A stretch of 64,000 nucleotides of DNA from Ranitomeya imitator (taxonomy: Eukaryota), in NCBI RefSeq assembly GCF_032444005.1, contig NC_091283.1, positions 21,328,001-21,392,000 on the forward strand, written 5' to 3'. Of the stretch, positions 1-11,832 are shown piece by piece. The notes under the pieces are model-generated. The model ran no database searches and was not told the DNA's origin. It worked only from the letters and a program-made list of their open reading frames with translations. The translations under genes were made by a program, and so were the position numbers. Position 1 is the first letter of the stretch; each line of letters starts with the position of its first letter.

Positions 1-148
1 GGGTGTATTAGCGGTATATATACTTACAGGTGAGATTTCGGGTGTATTAGCGGTATATATACTTACAGGTGAGATTTCGGGTGTATTAGCGGTATATAAA
101 CTTACGGGTTATATTTCTGGGTGTATTAGTATTATATATAGTGTGAGG
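1..148. repeat. 39-bp satellite, left part (continues at 7210)
   Basis: Units GGGTGTATTAGCGGTATATATACTTACAGGTGAGATTTC, same family as 7210-14498; interrupted at 148 by a TIR element. Confidence 0.95.
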
Positions 149-650
149 CATACCTCCCAACCGTCCCTCATTGTGCGGGACTGCCCCGGATTTGATGCTT
201 GCCCCGGCTGTCCTGCACGGGACGCAGAGCTTCCCGCAGACAGAACAGTTGAAGCTGCTGTCACACGCCCCCTTTTGTTAGGCCACTCCCCTTCCCCGTC
301 GGTATGTTCCTGAGTCTTCCAGTGTGCCTCACAGTTCAGAGAGAGAGGGGACACCTGAGGTGAACATAACAGCCGAACACAGCCTGGGTGCCGGCGGCAA
401 TGTAAGCAGCAGACCATGAGTGGACTGGAGGCTGCTAATGGGACAGATGCAGATCAGTGAGTAGTGGATGTCACAGAGATGATTCACTCCGTCCAGTGCA
501 TTGTGGAGGAGGAGCAGCTGCAGCTCCCTGGGAGAGAGTGACAACACTAATCAATGTGGCTGCTTTATTTTCCCAGGCATAAAAGGGTTAAGCCTAAACC
601 CCTATGACAGTCAGTCACTGTATCATCATGTGCTAATTACAAGCTGCAGC

Positions 651-947
651 TCCGCTCGGTACACACACACGCGGCTAAGGCTCCGCTCAGTACACTTCGT
701 ACACAGACACACACACGCGGCTCCACTCGGTGCACCTCGTACACACACGCGGCTCCGCTCAGTGCACCTCATACACGCACGCGGCTCCGCTCAGTGCACC
801 TCGTACTGTGAAAGGTGTACGGAGCGGAGTCGTGTGTAAGAGGTGTACGGAGCCATGTGTACGAGGTGTACGGAGCACAGCCGCGTGTGTACGGAGCACA
901 GCCGCGTGTGTACAAGGTGTACAGAGCACAGCCGCGTGTGTACGAGG
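651..947. repeat. 30-bp minisatellite A, inverted block (about 651-806) facing a direct block (about 815-947)
   Basis: ACACACGCGGCTCCGCTCAGTGCACCTCGTAC units are reverse complements of GTACGAGGTGTACGGAGCGGAGCCGCGTGTGT-type units. Confidence 0.85.
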
Positions 948-3900
948 CAGGGTGGATAAAAATCAATGTTTTTTTAAAAAAAATAAAAATTAAAAAAATC
1001 GGATTTTTTTAATTTAAATTGGATTTTTTTTATTTAAATCGGATTTTTTTGATTTAAATCGGATTTTTTTGTATTTAAATCGGATTTTTTTTTCAATAAA
1101 CTGCTTTTTGATGAAAATATTTTACCATCCAAAGGTTCTTCCATCATGAGATAAAGCTGAGTTGTTCAACTCAGTAGAATAAAGGCTGTATATGTGTAAC
1201 ATTCACAATGCCATGCTCTTCCAGAGGTTTCTGTAGGATTAGTGGGCAGTTTCTCTCCTATATTATCACAGACGCTCGCTTTACTTATGCAGTTCTCAAA
1301 ACTGAATTTGACTCCGCAGAGGTCCCAGCCTCTTCTTCACGGCAAAAATGTTACAACATGAACAGAGTTGAGAAAAAGACCTTAATCCTATTGTTTTACA
1401 AACCTATGAATACAGAATCAACCCCTTCAGTGCCAAGTCCAAGAAGTTAGACAATATGTTTCTGATTGTTTGGAGTGGAATAGATCTGCACAACACAAGA
1501 AGAATGTGAATCTAAGTGTGAGGAGGAGGAAGGGCAAGCAGACAAGAAAATGAAAGTGAAACTTTGAGCACAATACTGCAGCATAGCCACAGACAGACAA
1601 GTCTGGATCTGTTTGTGTGTACGATCTGAGGTTTATTACATTCTTTCCTTATAATGGCAGCAGGCCGTAAAAGAGACCCAGTTTGGGAATATTTTAATGA
1701 AGCTCCTTCGCCTATCGGTAAGGCAGGCATGCGTGCAAAATGCAAACGATGCAACAAAGAGATGCAAGGCCTGGTGGCGCGAATGAGGCAACATCATGAG
1801 AAGTGCGGTGATGAAGATGACCAAAGAAACACTTCTGAACAGGCAGGATCTTCAGGTTGGTAAACATTTTTATTGAATCCTATTTCTAAAGACTGAACTG
1901 TCATGTGTGAGAAAAATTATATTTCTTATTATTACTGCATGTTACTGTCATTTGGTACAGTTATGAAGAAAAACAAATATTCCTTTTGGGGCAGGGGCAG
2001 TGATGTGTTGTGTACAATAAGCAGAAATTGTATAAAAAATAAAATAACAGCATTGACTTTTTTGTTTAGGGGAATTCATGGATTCTGGAAACTATCCACC
2101 TCCAAGATCACCATCATCCTGTTCTACAGTTTCAGAGTTATCCATCCAGGATAGTGCTTCATTAGCAGCAGCATCATCATCAGACACCCACAGCCACATA
2201 TCACCATCACCCAAAAGGAAGAAAAAACCTTTACCTCCTGGAACCACCATAGATAGGTTTGTGATAAGAACTAGCAGATTAGAAAAAGTTGATTGATGAA
2301 AAAATTACCCAGTTTATTTATGCAACGAAATCTTCTTTCCGTCTGACTGAGAACCCACATTTCATTAATATGGTTCAGTCACTGAGACCAGGATACAGTC
2401 CACCCAGCAGAGCTGATGTTGCAGGGAAACTGCTGCATCAAGTGTATGACAGAGAAATGGAGCAATGTGCAACAGCTCTGGAGGGTAAAATTGTTAACCT
2501 AAGTATTGATGGGTGGAGTAATGTCCACAATGTTCCTATTGTATGTGCTTGTATAACAACAGAAGAAGGTAAAGTCTTCCTTGCACAAACAACTGATACG
2601 TCAGGAAATGCACACACAGCAGAATACTTACAAGTGGCAGTAAAAGCTATAACGACATGTGAACAAAAATTCAAATGTCTAGTACGCAGTTTGGTCACTG
2701 ACAATGCTGCAAACGTATCCAAGATGAGAAGAGATTTAGAAGAGCAGGGAGGGAATACAAAGCTGCTAATAACATATGGTTGCAGTGCTCATTTGCTGCA
2801 CCTCTTAGCCAAAGACTTAAGTGTTCCAGAAATAAAGGCTAATGTTGTTGAAATTGCTAAATACTTCCGTAATAATCATTTTGCTGCAGCAGCTCTGAAA
2901 AGGATGGGTGGAACCAAGCTAACGCTCCCACAAGATGTTAGATGGAACTCTGTGGTGGACTGTTTTGAGCAGTATATCAAAAACTGGCCTATTCTGATGA
3001 CACTTTGTGAAGAAAATCGAGATAAAATAGATGGCACTGTCACGGCCAAAATCCTCAACATTGGGCTTAAGAGAAATGTTGAACATATGCTGAGCTTCCT
3101 GAAACCCATCTCTCAAGCTTTAAACAAAATACAGAAAAATAGCTGTTTTATTGCGGATGCTGTTGAAATTTGGAAGGAACTGAGTGAACACTTAAAAACA
3201 GAACTACACATGGACAGAATTAAATTACAAGCAGTAAACAAACGAATGGGACAAGCACTGACTCCAGCTCATTTTTGGCAAATATTGTCAATATCCAATA
3301 TCAGGGTCAAAACCTAAGTGCTGAGGAAGAGGAGTTAGCTATGACATGGGTATCCAGCAATCATCCATCTTTAATGCCAACTATAATAAACTTCAGAGCT
3401 AAGGGGGAACCATTCAAGAAATATATGTTTGCTGAAGATATTTTAAGGAAGGTCACACCAGTAAACTGGTGGAAGTCACTTAAGCGCTTGGATTTAGAGA
3501 CTGTTCAAGTAATGATTTCACTTTTAACAGCAGTAGCTTCTTCTGCAGGCGTTGAAAGAATATTCTCTTCCTTTGGACTCATTCATTCTAAATTGAGAAA
3601 TCGGTTGGGACCCAATAAAGCAGGAAAGCTTGTTTTTCTTTTCCAGATTATGAATAGGAACAAAGAAGAAGATGATGATGAAGATGACGACAAGTGAGCT
3701 ACAGAGGACAGCAGGGACAGTAGTATTTAAGTTTTTCATGTGTCGGCTGGGCTGACAGTCTAAGTTTCTTATAATATATATATATTTTGTTTAGCCAAAT
3801 TAGTTAACAAACATGGATGTTTGTTTAAGCAAATAACTTATGCTGTAATGTTGTTATTGTTTCAGTTGAATAAATCTATTTAAATTGTTATTAAGGTCAG

Positions 3901-4136
3901 GATTATTTTTCTCCTTCCTAAGTACAACAGAACAGTGGTGTCCAAATATGAATAATTAACCCATTAAACTGGGGAGAAAAAAGTAATATAAAAAGTGATT
4001 CTAAAAATCTTCATCTACTTGCATGTTAAAGTAGCAAGAACTAGTTTAGGTAGAAATTTTGATTTAAATCAAGCCTTACTGACTAGTGATTTAAATCGTG
4101 ATTTAAATCAGTTAGATTTAAATCAAATCCACCCTG
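948..4136 (+). mobile_element. Full-length hAT DNA transposon (3189 bp)
   Basis: TIR CAGGGTGGAT (948-957) / ATCCACCCTG (4127-4136); 8-bp TSD GTACGAGG (940-947, 4137-4144); subterminal ATTTAAATC repeats; internal transposase. Confidence 0.95.
1654..3697 (+). pseudogene. hAT transposase (BED finger, DDE core, dimerisation domain); one intron and two frameshifts; about 610 aa if repaired
   Basis: Exon 1 at 1654-1855 encodes BED-like W-EYF..C-x2-C..HHEKC. GT-AG intron 1856-2069 joins in frame (GGG GAA TTC ATG). Catalytic motifs SIDGWS, VTDNAAN, CSAH, RWNS, VERIFS. Frameshifts near 2288 and near 3275. Confidence 0.9.
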
Positions 4137-5645
4137 GTACGAGGTGTACGGAGCGGAGCAGTATGTGAAAGGTGTACGGAGCGGAGTCGCGTGTGTACGA
4201 GGTGTACGGAGCGGAGCAGCATGTGAAAGGTGTACGGAGTGGAGTCGTGTGTAAGAGGTATACGGAGCCGTGTGTACGAGGTGTACGGAGCACAGCCGCG
4301 TGTGTACGAGGTGTACGGAGCACAGCCGCATGTGTACGAGGTGTACGGAGCACAGCCGCGTGTGTACGAGGTGTACGGAGCACAGCCGCGTGTGTACGAG
4401 GTGTACGGAGCACAGCCGCGTGTGTACGAGGTGTACGGAGCACAGCCGCGTGTGTACGAGGTGTACGGAGCACAGCCGCATGTGTACGAGGTGTACGGAG
4501 CACAGCCGCGTGTGTACGAGGTGTACGGAGCACAGCCGCGTGTGTACGAGGTGTACGGAGCACAGCCGCGTGTGTACGAGGTGTACGGAGCACAGCCGCG
4601 TGTGTACGAGGTGTACGGAGCACAGCCGCGTGTGTACGAGGTGTACGGAGCACAGCCGCGTGTGTACGAGGTGTACGGAGCACAGCCGCGTGTGTACGAG
4701 GTGTACGGAGCACAGCCGCGTGTGTACGAGGTGTACGGAGCACAGCCGCGTGTGTACGAGGTGTACGGAGCGGAGCAGCATGTGAAAGGTGTACGGAGAG
4801 GAGTCGTGTGTACGAGGTGTACGGAGCACAGCCGCGTGTGTACGAGGTGTACGGAGCGGAGCAGCATGTGAAAGGTATACGGAGCGGAGTCATGTTTAAG
4901 AGGTGTACGGAGCCGTGTGTACGGAGCACAGCCGTGTGTGTACGAGGTGTACGGAGTAGAGCCGTGTGTGTACGAGATGTATGGAGAGGAGCCGTATGTG
5001 TATGAGGTGTACGCAGCAGAGCCGTGTGTGTGCAAGGTATACGGAGCAGCGTGTGCAATGTGTATAGAGCGGAGCCGTGTGTGTACAAGGTGTACAGCAG
5101 CGCCACGCGTGTATGAGGTGTGTGGAGCAGAGCCATGCGTGCACAAAGTATACGGAGCGTGTGCAATGTGTATAGGGCGGAGTGTACACGCTCTACTGAG
5201 TGTGTACGGGGGTGTACGAGATGTATGGAGAGGAGCCGTATGTGTATGAGGTGTACGCAGCAGAGCCGTGTGCGCAAGGTATACGGAGCGGAGCAGCGTG
5301 TGCAATGTGTATGGAGCGGAGCGGTGTGTGTACGAGGTGTACGGAGTAGTGCCGTGTGTGTATGAGGTGTATGGAGCGGATCGGTGTGTGTACGAGGTGT
5401 ACGGAGTAGTGCCGTGTGTACGAGATGTATGGAGCGGAGCCGTGTGTGTATGAGGTGTATGGAGCGGAGCCGTGTATGAGGTGTATGGAGCTGAGCTGAA
5501 TGTGTACAAGGTGTATGGAGCGGAGCTGAATGTGTACGAGGTGTACGGAGCGGAGCCATGTGTGTATGAAATGTATGGAGTGGAGCCGTGTGTACGGAGC
5601 CGAATGTGTGTGCAAAGTGTACGGAACGCAGCCGCGTGTGTAGGA
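4137..5645. repeat. 30-bp minisatellite A
   Basis: Unit GTACGAGGTGTACGGAGCACAGCCGCGTGT; homogeneous at about 4270-4770, degenerate further right. Confidence 0.95.
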
Positions 5646-5649
5646 GTAG

Positions 5650-7030
5650 CTATGTGTGGCCATTATATGGTACGAAGTATCACGTGCGGTCATTATACAG
5701 TATGGAGCATCATGTGTGGTCATTATACAGTATGGAGCATCATGTGTGGCCATCATACAGTATGGAGCATCATGTGTGGCCATCATACAGTATGGAGCAT
5801 CATGTTTGGTCATTATACAGTATGGAGCATCATGTTTGGTCATTATACAGTATGGAGCATCATGTGTGGTCATTATACAGTATGAAGCATCATGTGCGGC
5901 CATTATACAGTATGGAGCATCATGTGCAGCCATTATACAGTATGGAGCATCATGTGCGGTCATTATACAGTATGGAGCATCATGTGTGGTCATTATACAG
6001 TATGGAGCATCATGTGTGGTCATTATACAGTATGGAGCATCATGTGCGGCCAATATACAGTATGGAGCATCATGTGTGGTCATTATACAGTATGGAGCAT
6101 CATGTGCGGCCAATATACAGTATGGAGCATCATGTGTGATCATTATACAATATGGAGCATCATGTGTGGTCATTATACAGTATGGAGCATCATGTGCGGT
6201 CATGATACAGTATGGAGCATCATGTGCGGTCATGATACAGTATGGAGCATCATGTGCGGTCATTAAACAGTATGGAGCATCATGTGCGGTCATTATACAG
6301 TATGGAGCATCATGTGCGGCTATTATACAGTATGGAGCATCATGTGTGGCCATTATGCAGTATGGAGCATCATGTGTGGTCATTATGCAGTATGGAGCAT
6401 CATGTGTGGCCATTATGCAGTATGGAGCATCATGTGTGGCCATTATGCAGTATGGAGCATCATGTGTGGTCATTATACAGTATGGAGCATCATGTGCGGC
6501 CATTATACAGTATGGAGCATCATGTGCGGCCATTATACAGTATGGAGCATCATGTGCGGCCATTATACAGTATGGAGCATCATGTGTGGTCATTATACAG
6601 TATGGAGCATCATGTGCGGCCATTATACAGTATGGAGCATCATGTGCGCCAATTATACAGTATGGAGCATCATGTGGGGTCATTATACAGTATTGAGCAT
6701 CATGTGGGGCCATTGTACAGTATGGAGCATCATGTGGGGCCATTCTACAGTATGGAGCACTGTGTGGCCATTACACAGTATGGAGCATCATGTGTGGTCA
6801 TTATACAGTATGGAGCACTGTGCGGCCATTATACAGTATGGAGCACTGTGTGGCCATTATACAGTATGGAGCATCATGTGTGGTCATTATACAGTATGGA
6901 GCATTGTGGAGCCATTATACAGTATGGAGCATCATGTGGGGCCATTGTAAAGTATGGAGCATCATGTGTGGTCATTATACAGTATGGAGCATCATGTGGG
7001 GGCATTATACAGTATGGAGCACTGTGTGGC
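5650..7030. repeat. 30-bp minisatellite B
   Basis: Unit TATGGAGCATCATGTGCGGCCATTATACAG, about 45 copies. Confidence 0.95.
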
Positions 7031-7535
7031 CATATTTTTTTGTTTATAATTATTCTTTATGAACAGTGTGATCAGCAGTCCTAAATGGGTGTGGTTGGGA
7101 CGTGGATATGGGTGTGACTAGAAAATGGGTGTGGTCAGAGGCGTGGCCTAAAATTTGCCGCGCCGCAAACTTTGTCCCTCTTTCCCAGCTTCAAAAGTTG
7201 GGAGGTATGTGTGAGGTGATATTTCGGGTGTATTAGCAGTATATATAGTGTGAGGTGATATTTCGGGTGTATTAGCAGTATATATAGTGTGAGGTGATAT
7301 TTCGGGTGTATTAGCGGTATATATACTTACGGGTGAGCTTTAGGGGTGTATTAGCAGTATATATAGTGTGAGGTGATATTTCGGGTGTATTAGCAGTATA
7401 TATTTTTGGGTGTATTAGCAGTATATATAGTGTGAGGTGATATTTCGGGTGTATTAGCGGTATATATACTTGCGGGTGATATTTCTGGGTGTATTAGCAG
7501 TATATATAGTGTGGGTGAGATTTTGGGGTGTATTA

Positions 7536-7876
7536 GGCCGGCGTCACACTAGCAGTATTTTACATCAGTATTTCTCAGCCAAAATCAGGAGTGGAACAAA
7601 GAGAGGAAAAGTATAACAGAAACATATGCACAACTTCTGGATTTATCACCCACTCCTGGTTTTGGATGAGAAATACTGATGTAAAATACTGACCAAACAC
7701 TGAGGCCGGCTTCACACTCAGCGTATGAAAATACGGTCCGTTTTTTGCGCATGGCATCCTCCGTATGTAATCCGTATGGCATCCGTACTGCGTGGTTTTC
7801 TCGCAGGCTTGCAAAACCAACATACCGCTATAGAAATGATCCATGTGTCCCAAAAAGAAAAAAAAATATATATATA

Positions 7877-7917
<41 letters not shown>

Positions 7918-9365
7918 AGTAGACACATATATGTATATATATTACTATTTTTTCCAGCGCTATACAGCTTGAAAGCCGGTAATTCAATTACCGGCTTTTT
8001 CTTTCTCCTGGGAGCTTTCTAGGAAATTTCCCACGATCTATGAACATCCAGCAGAGGGCGCCTCACCGCAAATGAAGCTAAATATAGCTCATTGATCTAT
8101 ATTTAGACTCATTCCCCGGGGTTTTGCAGTGAGGAGCAGCCTGCATTAGCGGAACTCCTTGCTGCAAAATGTTTTAACCCCTTCAGAAGGATTTACATCG
8201 TTGGACGTTACAGATCTGCGGAGGGTAAGTATATTGTTGGTTTATTATGTTTTTTCTTTCACAGAACGAGGGTCTTCAGTGACTGGATTGGGCGTAGAAT
8301 AAAATACTCCAACAACCATTGTTTTTATTTCATTAAAATAATTTTAAATAATGTGTTTGTGTTTTATTTAACCCTTTACTACAATTGGATTAATAATGGA
8401 TAGGTGTCATAATTGACGCCTCTCCATTATTAATTAGGCTTAATGTCACCTTACAATAGCAAGGTGGCATTAACCCTTCATTACCCCATATCCCACCGCT
8501 ACATGGGAATGGGAAGAGAGTGGCCAAGTGCCAGAATAGGCGCATCTTCCAGATGTGCCTTTTCTGGGGTGGCTGGGGGCAGATATTTTTAGCCAGGGGG
8601 GGGCCAATAACCATGGACCCTCTCCAGGCTATTAATATCTGCCCTCAGTCACTGGCTTTACTACTCTGGCGGAGAAAATTGCGCGGGAGCCCACGCCAAT
8701 TTTTTCCGCCATTTAACCCTTTATTTTAAGTGCTAGAACGGCCAAATTTTGCAGATACACACTACTGACATTAGTAGTGTGGAATCTGCAAAAAAAATGG
8801 AGAGAAGACATGGTTTACTGTATGTAAACCATGTCTCAAATCATGTCGGGTTTTAGGAAGGAGAAAGAAAAAGCCGGTAATTGAATTACCGGCTTTCAAG
8901 CTGTATAGCGCTGGAATAAATATTAATATATATACATATATGTGTCTCACTGACATATATATATATACCTATTCTATGTGTACACATTTATTCTACCTAT
9001 TCTACTGTAAGCTGTCAGTGTGATTTTACTGTACACCGCACTGAATTGCCGGCTTTTCTCTCTAACAGCGCTGCGTATTTCTCGCAAGTCACACTGCTTG
9101 TCCGTGTGTAATCCGTATTTTTCACGCTTCCATAGACTTTCATTGGCGTATTTCTTGCGCAGTACGGTGACAAACGCAGCATGCTGCGATTTTGTACGGC
9201 CGTAGAAAGCCGTATAATACTGATCAGTAAAATACGGCAGATAGGAGCAAAGGCATAGAGAATAATTGTGCCGTATTTTTTGCGAGTTTTACGGACGTAG
9301 TTTCTGCGCTCTTAGGTCCGTAAAACTCGCAAGTGTGAAGCCGGCCTGATAGTGTGACGGCAGCC
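7536..9365. mobile_element. PIF/Harbinger-type MITE (outer, about 185 bp without the nested insert)
   Basis: TIR GGCCGGCGTCACACT / AGTGTGACGGCAGCC; TSD TTA (7533-7535, 9366-9368); internal long inverted arms. Confidence 0.85.
7704..9346. mobile_element. PIF/Harbinger-type non-autonomous element nested in the outer MITE
   Basis: Perfect TIR GGCCGGCTTCACACT / AGTGTGAAGCCGGCC; TSD TGA (7701-7703, 9347-9349); inverted subterminal arms at about 7900-8000 and 8870-8970; (TA)n at about 7867-7913. Confidence 0.85.
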
Positions 9366-11557
9366 TTAGCGGTATATATAGTGTGAGGTGATAATATATT
9401 TCAGGTGTATTACTGGTGTATATACTTACGGGTGATATTTCTGGGTGTATTAGCAGTGTATATAGTAGTGTGAGGTGATATTTCCTCTGTATTAGCGGTA
9501 TATATAGTGTGAGGTGAGATTTCGGGGTGTATTAGCAGTATATATAGCGTGAGGTGATATTTCGGGTGTATTAGCGGTATATATACTTACGGGTGATATT
9601 TTGGGGTGTATTAGCAGTATATATAGTGTGAGGTGATATTTCGGGTGTATTAGCGGTATATATACTTACGGGTGATAGTTCAGGGTGTATTAGCAGTATA
9701 TATAGTGTGAGGTGATATTTCGGGTGTATTACTGGTATATATACTTACGGGTGATATTTATGGGTGTATTAGCAGTGTATATAGTAGTGTGAGGTGATTT
9801 TCCGGTGTATTAGCAGTATATATAGTGTGAGGTGATATTTCTGGGTGTATTAGCAGTATATATAGTGTGAGGTGATATTTCGGGTGTATTAGCAGTATAT
9901 ATAGTGTGAGGTGATATTTCGGGTGTATTAGCGGTATATATACTTACGGGTGATATTTCGGGTGTATTAGCAGTATATATAGTGTGAGGTGATATTTCGG
10001 GTGTATTACTGGTGTATATACTTACGGGTGATATTTCGGGGTGTATTAGCAGTATATATAGCGTGAGGTGATATTTCGGGTGTATTACTGGTGTATATAC
10101 TTACGGGTGATATTTCGGGGTGTATTAGCAGTATATATAGTGTGAGGTGAGATTTCGGGTGTATTACTGGTGTATATACTTACGGGTGATATTTCGGGGT
10201 GTATTAGCAGTATATATAGTGTGAGGTGATATTTCGGGTGTATTACTGGTGTATATACTTACGGGTGATATTTTGGGGTGTATTAGCAGTATATATAGCG
10301 TGAGGTGATATTTTGGGTGTATTACTGGTGTATATACTTACGGGTGATATTTCGGGGTGTATTAGCAGTATATATAGTGTGAGGTGAGATTTCGGGTGTA
10401 TTACTGGTGTATATACTTACGGGTGATATTTCTGGGTGTATTAGCAGTATATATAGCGTGAGGTGATATTTCGGGTGTATTACTGGTGTATATACTTACG
10501 GGTGATATTTCGGGGTGTATTAGCAGTATATATAGTGTGAGGTGATATTTCGGGTGTATTACTGGTGTATATACTTACGGGTGATATTTCGGGGTGTATT
10601 AGCAGTATATATAGCGTGAGGTGATATTTCGGGTGTATTACTGGTGTATATACTTACGGGTGATATTTCGGGGTGTATTAGCAGTATATATAGTGTGAGG
10701 TGAGATTTCGGGTGTATTACTGGTGTATATACTTACGGGTGATATTTCGGGTGTATTAGCGGTATATATACTTACGGGTGACATTTCGGGTGTATTACTG
10801 GTGTATATACTTACGGGTGATATTTCGGGGTGTATTAGCAGTATATATAGTGTGAGGTGATATTTCGGGTGTATTACTGGTGTATATACTTACGGGTGAG
10901 ATTTCGGGGTGTATTAGCAGTATATATAGCGTGAGGTGATATTTTGGGTGTATTAGCGGTATATATACTTACGGGTGATATTTCGGGGTGTATTAGCAGT
11001 ATATATAGTGTGAGGTGATATTTCGGGTGTATTACTGGTGTATATACTTACGGGTGATATTTCTGGGTGTATTAGCAGTATATATAGTGTGAGGTGAGAT
11101 TTCGGGTGTATTAGTGGTATATATAGTGTGAGGTGATATTTCTGGGTGTATTAGCAGTATATATAGTGTGAGGTGATATTTCGGGTGTATTACTGGTGTA
11201 TATATACTTACGGGTGATATTTCGGGGTGTATTAGCAGTATATATAGTGTGAGGTGATATTTCGGGTGTATTACTGGTGTATATACTTACGGGTGATATT
11301 TCAGGGTGTATTAGCAGTATATATAGTGTGAGGTGAGATTTCGGGTGTATTAGTGGTATATATAGTGTGAGGTGATATTTCTGGGTGTATTAGCAGTATA
11401 TATAGTGTGAGGTGATATTTCTGGGTGTATTAGCGGTATATATACTTACGGGTGATATTTCGGGTGTATTAGCAGTATATATAGTGTGAGGTGATATTTC
11501 GGGTGTATTAGCGGTATATATACTTACGGGTGATATTTCGGGGTGTATTAGCAGTAT

Positions 11558-11669
11558 GCACGGTGGCGCAGTGGTTAGCACAGCAGCCTTGCAGCGCTGG
11601 AGTCCTGGGTTCAAACCCCGCCAAGGACAACATCTGCAAAGAGTTTGTATGTTCTCTCCGTGTTTGCGT

Positions 11670-11700
<31 letters not shown>

Positions 11701-11832
11701 ACATTCCAAAGACATACTGATAGGAAATCTAGATTGTGAGCCCCATCGGGGACAGTGATGATAATGTGTGCAAAAATGTAAAGCGCTGCGGAATATGTTA
11801 GCGCTATATAAAAAAAATAAAGATTATTATTA
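11558..11832 (+). mobile_element. tRNA-derived SINE (V-SINE-like) with an L2-type 3' tail
   Basis: A box TGGCGCAGTGG (11564-11574); B box GGTTCAAACC (11608-11617); V-domain-like GTTTGCGTGGGTTTCCTCCGGGCACTCCGGTTTCCTCCCACA; AGCGC..GCGCT stem-loop; (ATT)n tail. Confidence 0.85.

Larger units (their letters stand above)
149..7209. mobile_element. Non-autonomous TIR DNA transposon carrying minisatellites (7-bp TSD; superfamily uncertain, possibly P-like)
   Basis: Perfect 13-bp TIR CATACCTCCCAAC (149-161) / GTTGGGAGGTATG (7197-7209). TGTGAGG is duplicated at 142-148 and 7210-7216, and removing the element restores a satellite unit. Confidence 0.8.

Noticed and set aside
1654-3697. Domesticated ZBED-type host gene
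   Set aside because: Flanked by intact TIRs and an 8-bp TSD, inserted in a minisatellite, and frameshifted.
4083-7084. Long ORFs (up to 516 aa) on both strands
   Set aside because: Translations of stop-poor 30-bp tandem repeats; several frames are open at once and no domain is recognisable.
11558-11630. tRNA gene
   Set aside because: A and B boxes are present but the cloverleaf is incomplete, and the sequence runs into a SINE body and tail.
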